Source: Escherichia phage SKA64
Sequence record: OM362897.1
Reading direction: 5' to 3' (one strand)
DNA length: 64,000 nucleotides
The position numbers were made by a program, and so were the translations under genes. The notes beneath the pieces are model-generated. The model had not been told where the DNA came from, searched no databases, and worked only from the letters and a program-made list of their open reading frames with translations. This document shows positions 58,773 through 64,000 of the stretch, piece by piece (position 1 is the first letter of the stretch; each line of letters begins with the position of its first letter).

Positions 58773-59171
58773 TTATTTTTTACGAAGGGAACGTTTTTTA
58801 GCTGGAGTGTCTACCGCTTCTACTTTTAAAACTTCTTCTTTGATTTTTACAGGTGCATAGTCTTCGTAACTTACAAGATAGTAACCCATGTGTTCTTCAC
58901 TTGCAAAAGGATGCACAAGAATACCTGTTTCTTCTCTCAAACGCGTGAGGAAGTGAATGAAGTTTCCACCTAATGCAATACGACCATCTTTCAGATAGAA
59001 AGACATTGGTGGCGCAGATACTAATGTTTTATCAGCATCAATCAGTGGTGAAAGCGATTCGAAATCACGAATCATTTCGTGATAACTAAAGTAACGTTTC
59101 AATTCTGGGTTTGACATATCAATCTCCTCATTGTAAACTCTTATTGTAAACAGAAAAGGCTCGCCCATCAC
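58773..59171 (-). CDS. head completion protein (132 aa)
   Basis: GTG start lying inside the hairpin that follows the capsid gene. Confidence 0.4.
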   Translation of the reverse strand: MMGEPFLFTIRVYNEEIDMSNPELKRYFSYHEMIRDFESLSPLIDADKTLVSAPPMSFYLKDGRIALGGNFIHFLTRLREETGILVHPFASEEHMGYYLVSYEDYAPVKIKEEVLKVEAVDTPAKKRSLRKK

Positions 59172-59190
59172 GGACGAGCCTCTAATCTTA
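59150..59190 (-). terminator. hairpin after major capsid gene (terminator/attenuator)
   Basis: Minus-strand GGCTCG...CGAGCC stem with 11-nt loop followed by TTTTCTGTTT; loop contains GTG ATG of the next gene. Confidence 0.45.
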
Positions 59191-59201
59191 ACAGAGTTCT
59201 A

Positions 59202-60203
59202 TTAAGCCGTAGTCAGTTTAACTACCAGTTCTGGACGGGTGTTAACTGCGAGCAGCGAGAATTCAGACTGAAGCTGAATAGTGCGGTGCTGGCTGATCAT
59301 GAAGGTATACAGTTCACGAGCCTGGGTGTTAGCCAGTTCTGGAGTATCCGCAGGAGCGTAGTGCGCCTGGAACATACCTTCGATACCCATAGGCAGAACA
59401 TATGCTTCACCAGCAGGGATGTTACCGTGGATATCTTCAATGTAAGTTACACCGTTCCATTCGAACACCTGAACATCCATGTTACCGCTAAGGCGGTCAC
59501 GCAGAAGGTTAGGAGTTCCCTGGAAATACTGATATGCCTGGCGAACAAATGGAGAGTTAACCAGAGATGCGAAAAACTCACGAGAACACAGAGCTACGAT
59601 ACGGGTAGCGGTAGAGCCATCTTGTTTAGTATCGATGATGTAAGCACGAGCTTCTTGTTCGATAGTGGCTGCTGGAGAAACAGTGGTAGAAGCAAAGTCT
59701 ACAGCAACAGATTTCTGGGTAGCACCCCATTCGGTATACCAGTTGTATGCAGAGTTAGCTGCACCACCTACGCCGTTATAGGCACGACCCATAACTGCTT
59801 CTGCAAAGATTTTCTCTTTGGTTTTTGCTACGTCACGCAGAATCTGGGACATATAGCGGTTAACAACTTCAGCGTCTGTGCGCAGAGAGTCATTGATTCC
59901 TGCCATTGCAAAGCTACGGAAAGATTGAATATCTTGAGCTTTGATGTTTTTATCCAGAGGGAAGAACGGAATGCGGAACGCTTTCAGTTCTGGATTTTTC
60001 ATGGTCAGGAAGTTACGCTCACCACCACGCTCACGAGCGGAGATCAGAGCATCTTCAGCTTTTTCTTTACCGATTTCAATAGCGGTAGTTGAATGATAGT
60101 CAACACTGAACAGATTCAGGCTGGCAATCAGTGTATCAGGGGAATCCTGAAGTTCGATCATAGGGCTGAAATCTACAACCTGATCTAAAATTACTGCTGG
60201 CAT
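59202..60203 (-). CDS. major capsid protein (lambda gpE-like by size and gene order)
   Basis: 333 aa; follows portal/scaffold/decoration-sized genes; highly biased codon usage. Confidence 0.65.
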   Translation of the reverse strand: MPAVILDQVVDFSPMIELQDSPDTLIASLNLFSVDYHSTTAIEIGKEKAEDALISARERGGERNFLTMKNPELKAFRIPFFPLDKNIKAQDIQSFRSFAMAGINDSLRTDAEVVNRYMSQILRDVAKTKEKIFAEAVMGRAYNGVGGAANSAYNWYTEWGATQKSVAVDFASTTVSPAATIEQEARAYIIDTKQDGSTATRIVALCSREFFASLVNSPFVRQAYQYFQGTPNLLRDRLSGNMDVQVFEWNGVTYIEDIHGNIPAGEAYVLPMGIEGMFQAHYAPADTPELANTQARELYTFMISQHRTIQLQSEFSLLAVNTRPELVVKLTTA

Positions 60204-60224
60204 TATATTAATCTCCTATTAAAA

Positions 60225-60623
60225 TTAAGAAGTGAAAACGACTTTTTCGGTCAGTTTCAGATCATGTGTTTCCAGTGCTGCTACGCCAGCGTCATCTACC
60301 AGGGAGCCATCTTTGTAGTATACTGCAAAGCGGTTCAGAGTAAGATCACGTACGCCAACAACTGCGGTGAAAGTGTCACCTACTGCTACATCGTCAATAC
60401 CGAACAGAGCATCAGTCCAAATCAGAACTTTAGCAGCATCGGCAGCTTCAGCTTTAGCAGCTTCAGTGTTGTCAGCTTTCAGGATAGAACCAATTTTCAT
60501 GGTTGCTGTTTTAACCAGGTTAACTTCACGTACACAGTGTCCAAGGTCAGAGCTAAACACTCCACCCAGAACCAGGTGTCCGAATTCCTGGCGAGAGTTA
60601 GATAAAGTAATTCCTTTAGCCAT
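60225..60623 (-). CDS. head decoration protein (132 aa, tentative)
   Basis: Small gene immediately upstream of capsid gene as in lambda D-E order. Confidence 0.4.
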   Translation of the reverse strand: MAKGITLSNSRQEFGHLVLGGVFSSDLGHCVREVNLVKTATMKIGSILKADNTEAAKAEAADAAKVLIWTDALFGIDDVAVGDTFTAVVGVRDLTLNRFAVYYKDGSLVDDAGVAALETHDLKLTEKVVFTS

Positions 60624-60642
60624 TTAATTTAATCTCCTAAGA

Positions 60643-61758
60643 TTATTGTTTCTGGGCTTTTTTAAGTTCAGCAGCTTTCTGACTAATCAGTTCAGAAGAA
60701 GATTTAGCTACAGGTTGAGTATTGATCACATCAACACCACGTTCTGTTCCAAATTCTTTCTTAACTGCGTCCACTTCTGCACGTGCTTTTTCGAATGCTT
60801 TGACGATAGTTTCAGCGATATCTTTATTGTCTACCAGATATTTAACGAGAGCTTCAACTTTGTCTTCTTCTACGAAAGAATAGGATTTAACAACAGTTGT
60901 ATATTCTTCTTCGATACGAGCTTGTTCAGCTTTACGAAGTTCTTCTGCTTCCTGTTCTGCCTTAGCGATTTTTTCCTGTGCTTCAAGTTCTGCGGCTGCA
61001 CGTGCATCTGCTGCTGCTTTTTCTACAGCTTCAGCGATCTGTGCTTTCATCAGTTCTTGGAATTCAGCAGATTTCAGGAATTCTTCTTTGTTGATATTTT
61101 CCAAAGGGGTTTCTCCTTTATTGATTCCAGTTGTGTTTGCAGATTTATCACCTGCGGGGTTAGCCTCTGCATCCACAGAGTTTGTATTAGCTTTAGCGTG
61201 AGCTTTCACTAAATAATCTTTAACTTGACTTTGTTTCAAGGAACTCTTAACGAGATTACTCAAAGCATCGTCTAAAACGTCCTCAAAGAAATCAATGGAG
61301 ATCATTACATCACCATCAACAACTTGATAATCAGTAACACGAACAACAGGTTTAGCAACCTCTTCAACTTCAACATTCAGTCCGTCAACTTTAAAGCCAA
61401 CAGAGAACATACCGTTATCTGAACAGAAAATTGCAACGTTCGCATCGAAGTCAGCATCAATAACGTAAACCCAATCCCAACCAGCTTCAAATTTTTCACG
61501 CACTTTTTCAGAAATGCGATCCATCACTTGTTGAATATAGCTTTTACGTAACTCTGTAACATCTTCTCCCATTTTAGTGAGAGCTTCTAACTTTTCAAAA
61601 GTTATGTCTGGAGATCCGTCTGACTTAAATAAAAGGGGGGTATTGTAACCAGATGCCGCTCCACCTTGAAAATCAAAAGTGTAAGCAATATGAGCACCTA
61701 GTGACTCTTCCGTAGCTTTTCCAGAAAAGTCTACGTTAGTTAAATATGTATTTGCCAC
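60643..61758 (-). CDS. scaffolding protein (possibly protease-scaffold fusion)
   Basis: 371 aa with C-terminal Ala/Glu/Lys coiled coil AKAEQEAEELRKAEQARIEEE; between portal and capsid. Confidence 0.5.
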   Translation of the reverse strand: MANTYLTNVDFSGKATEESLGAHIAYTFDFQGGAASGYNTPLLFKSDGSPDITFEKLEALTKMGEDVTELRKSYIQQVMDRISEKVREKFEAGWDWVYVIDADFDANVAIFCSDNGMFSVGFKVDGLNVEVEEVAKPVVRVTDYQVVDGDVMISIDFFEDVLDDALSNLVKSSLKQSQVKDYLVKAHAKANTNSVDAEANPAGDKSANTTGINKGETPLENINKEEFLKSAEFQELMKAQIAEAVEKAAADARAAAELEAQEKIAKAEQEAEELRKAEQARIEEEYTTVVKSYSFVEEDKVEALVKYLVDNKDIAETIVKAFEKARAEVDAVKKEFGTERGVDVINTQPVAKSSSELISQKAAELKKAQKQ

Positions 61759-61760
61759 GA

Positions 61761-62240
61761 TTAGTCCTTCTTGACTTTAACGCCCATTGCGCCTATACTC
61801 AAACCTTTAAGAACGCCGTCTTTACGAGCTTGATATAATTCAGGGTCGTTGAATTGGATTTTAACGAGGGGAGTTCCTTCCACAACGAGTTCGTCACCAA
61901 TGTAACAATCGACTTCATTTACCCAAGCTTTAATTGGAGAAAACTTATCGGTGTTCTTCATGTGACCAAGATTACCACTAATGTTGGTAATATTCTCATT
62001 GAAGTTGTCAACCATCTTCCTGATTTCCAAATCAGACATGCGCTCTCCGTGGAGATCGTCTTCTTCAGGTGGACAATACAAGACCTCAATAACCTGCATC
62101 TTTTCTTCATCAAATTTATTTTGTTTGACTAGAGTTTCAGGTTTTTGAGATGGTATAGAATCTTGTTGGGATTCAGAATTCTCTTTAAAACCAGCGAAGG
62201 TTTTGAAGAGTTCCCACAGTGTATCTTTATTGAGTTCCAT
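61761..62240 (-). CDS. head morphogenesis protein (159 aa)
   Basis: Position between portal and scaffold. Confidence 0.4.
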   Translation of the reverse strand: MELNKDTLWELFKTFAGFKENSESQQDSIPSQKPETLVKQNKFDEEKMQVIEVLYCPPEEDDLHGERMSDLEIRKMVDNFNENITNISGNLGHMKNTDKFSPIKAWVNEVDCYIGDELVVEGTPLVKIQFNDPELYQARKDGVLKGLSIGAMGVKVKKD

Positions 62241-62275
62241 TTGAAACCTCTTAAAAACAGATATCCCATAAATCT

Positions 62276-62304
62276 TAGTCTACAGGATATTTGTTGTTTT
62301 GTCA
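62276..62304 (-). promoter_or_regulatory. sigma70-like promoter on minus strand (TTGACA-17-TAGACT)
   Basis: AT-rich intergenic gap between portal and downstream head genes. Confidence 0.4.
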
Positions 62305-62333
62305 ATAGAAAAATTAAAAAATATTAAATATTT

Positions 62334-63899
62334 TTAATTCGACAGGTTTTGTGCTGAAGGATCTAAAGCAGAAACAGTATCAGATGTTCCAGTTCCCGCT
62401 GTAGCTAAACCATCTCCTGATCGTGAAGTTTTGTCAGGCATATAGTTATCCATGAATTCAAAGAATTTCTCTTTATTGGCAACAATATCGTCAGGGATAC
62501 GATATTCAAAACCAATTTTTTCAAGGAACTCGTTAATAACTTCTGGGGTTAAAGGTATTGCACCAGAGGCTACCAACTGCTGAATAGCTTTAGCATTTAC
62601 TTCAATATCAGGATCACCCATTTCACCACTGACAAACTTAGGCATATCTTCATCAGAAAGGAAGATATTGTTTAGTCGTAGTGTTTGAGGGATTAGTTGA
62701 GAGTTTATAGCTTCTACAACAATATCTACATCTCGCTCAATAAAATGAGACAATAGTGTTTGTTTGTTGTCAGAAAGCGCAAAACTTCCTGCATCACCAT
62801 CACCCATAATCAACACACCCGCACCAAAGCGGTTATAAATATCTAGCTTGCGTTGTTTGATTAGTGCTTGAGTGTCAAACTGTTTACCCGTGCCATCAAC
62901 ACCTTGGAATACAAGATCGTATTGACGCATCACTGTGCCTTCATAAACGTCTGAAGGCAATACCATATAGGCTTGCTCACCAGAGTGCAGGTTAGCGATG
63001 TTGGCTTGGAGAACTCGAAGAGATTGTGCTTCATCCCCAGCAGGATCTAAAGATGCCCTGTTTAGAATGTCACTTGGAACCTTAAGAACTGGCATACCAC
63101 CTAAATCTTTAGATACCCCAATAACCTCAAATTCCTGAATAAGAGATTTTTCACGCCAGCTACGATATACAGCTAAAAGCGGACTAACTCCTAGTGGGTT
63201 ATTCTCTGTAATGTTGCTACCAACAAATAAAACTTTACTGAAAGGAATTTCTTTAATACCAGTTTCTAAAGTTTTATTACCTGGAGCTAACATCGTGTTG
63301 GTGATATTCTGGTTAACAGATAGAATAGAACGTCCGTCTGCCGAATATGTAAAAGGTTGAGCCATGTGAAGAGTGTCTTGTGGTCTAAAAGCCAGTTTGG
63401 TTAATCGCCAATACCCAAAGTAAGGACTTTTAGGATCTTCATCCAACTCATAAACTTTCTCTGCAAATGCAAAACCATATTGCTTATATGTCAAAAGTGA
63501 TCTAACATATTGACGTAGAGGGGCTTGCATATTGCGTAACATGTAATCAATAAACTTAGCAGCTTTTCTTGACTTTGCCGAGTTTACATTGTATTTTATC
63601 TTGAAATCAAAGAATGCTCTATCTACAAAGATATATGTAGCGTCAAGAGCAGTAGCTACATCAGGGTCTTCACCCATCTCTTTAAAAGTGCGAATACATT
63701 CTGGGAAACGAGTCTCATAAGGTTGCATGAAATTCGTAAATGCTTTGATTGAGTTTAATCCGATCGTTCCTATTTCAGGTGACAGGAGTAACGTTTTCTC
63801 TTTCTCTGCCTCTTTTGTTGGAGAGAGAGCAGCTTTATTTGCAGCACCTTTGTCCCAGTATTCTGACTTTTTAGTGTACGTTCTTTTTCCTGTTGACAC
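62334..63899 (-). CDS. portal protein (521 aa)
   Basis: GTG start with GGAGG RBS; size and position ahead of scaffold and capsid. Confidence 0.6.
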   Translation of the reverse strand: MSTGKRTYTKKSEYWDKGAANKAALSPTKEAEKEKTLLLSPEIGTIGLNSIKAFTNFMQPYETRFPECIRTFKEMGEDPDVATALDATYIFVDRAFFDFKIKYNVNSAKSRKAAKFIDYMLRNMQAPLRQYVRSLLTYKQYGFAFAEKVYELDEDPKSPYFGYWRLTKLAFRPQDTLHMAQPFTYSADGRSILSVNQNITNTMLAPGNKTLETGIKEIPFSKVLFVGSNITENNPLGVSPLLAVYRSWREKSLIQEFEVIGVSKDLGGMPVLKVPSDILNRASLDPAGDEAQSLRVLQANIANLHSGEQAYMVLPSDVYEGTVMRQYDLVFQGVDGTGKQFDTQALIKQRKLDIYNRFGAGVLIMGDGDAGSFALSDNKQTLLSHFIERDVDIVVEAINSQLIPQTLRLNNIFLSDEDMPKFVSGEMGDPDIEVNAKAIQQLVASGAIPLTPEVINEFLEKIGFEYRIPDDIVANKEKFFEFMDNYMPDKTSRSGDGLATAGTGTSDTVSALDPSAQNLSN

Positions 63900-63968
63900 T
63901 TGTTCCTCCAGTCAGGTATAAAATCGTTAAGGCAAGGCTGTATTATATACAACCTCACCTATCTAGTT

Positions 63969-63997
63969 ATAATACACTTTAAAGTGACTTTTGTCAA
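63969..63997 (-). promoter_or_regulatory. sigma70-like promoter on minus strand (TTGACA-17-TATTAT)
   Basis: Exact -35 and near-consensus -10 about 70 nt upstream of portal start. Confidence 0.5.
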
Positions 63998-64000
63998 CAA

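Noticed and set aside
27554-63899. Assignment to a named phage genus or family
   Set aside because: The gene order fits a contractile-tail phage with lambda-like head genes, but without database comparison any genus name would be a guess.
1-64000. tRNA, rRNA, integrase, transposase or prophage boundary
   Set aside because: Intergenic gaps are short and occupied by promoters or terminators; no cloverleaf-like sequence or recombinase motif was seen, though a dedicated tRNA scan was not run.

Overview
This window reads as a contiguous piece of a virulent tailed dsDNA phage genome (Caudoviricetes, contractile-tail architecture; host probably enterobacterial, judged from sigma70-consensus promoters and an SSB tail identical to the E. 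coli SSB tip). All calls are from reading the sequence and ORF track by eye; no database search was run, and non-CDS coordinates are approximate (about +/-2 nt). Positions 1-27490 are a plus-strand early/middle block: anaerobic ribonucleotide reductase NrdD/NrdG, a Ter-like cluster (HAD-like, phosphoribosyltransferase-like, macro domain, TerC, SprT-like peptidase, TelA-like, TerF-type vWA, TerD), a secreted SleB-type cell-wall hydrolase, four tandem glycosyltransferase-like genes, T7 gp4-like primase-helicase, an orphan N6-adenine methyltransferase, family A DNA polymerase and an SSB-like protein. Positions 27554-63899 are a convergent minus-strand late block: portal, scaffold, decoration and lambda gpE-like capsid, neck, sheath, tube, tail chaperone with a -1 frameshift site, tape measure, baseplate, and six large tail fibre/tailspike proteins. 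The two blocks meet at a bidirectional terminator. The most interesting signal is the phage-borne Ter-like module; second is an exact 77-bp tandem duplication at the junction of two tail-fibre ORFs. No tRNA, rRNA, CRISPR array, integrase or transposase was seen.
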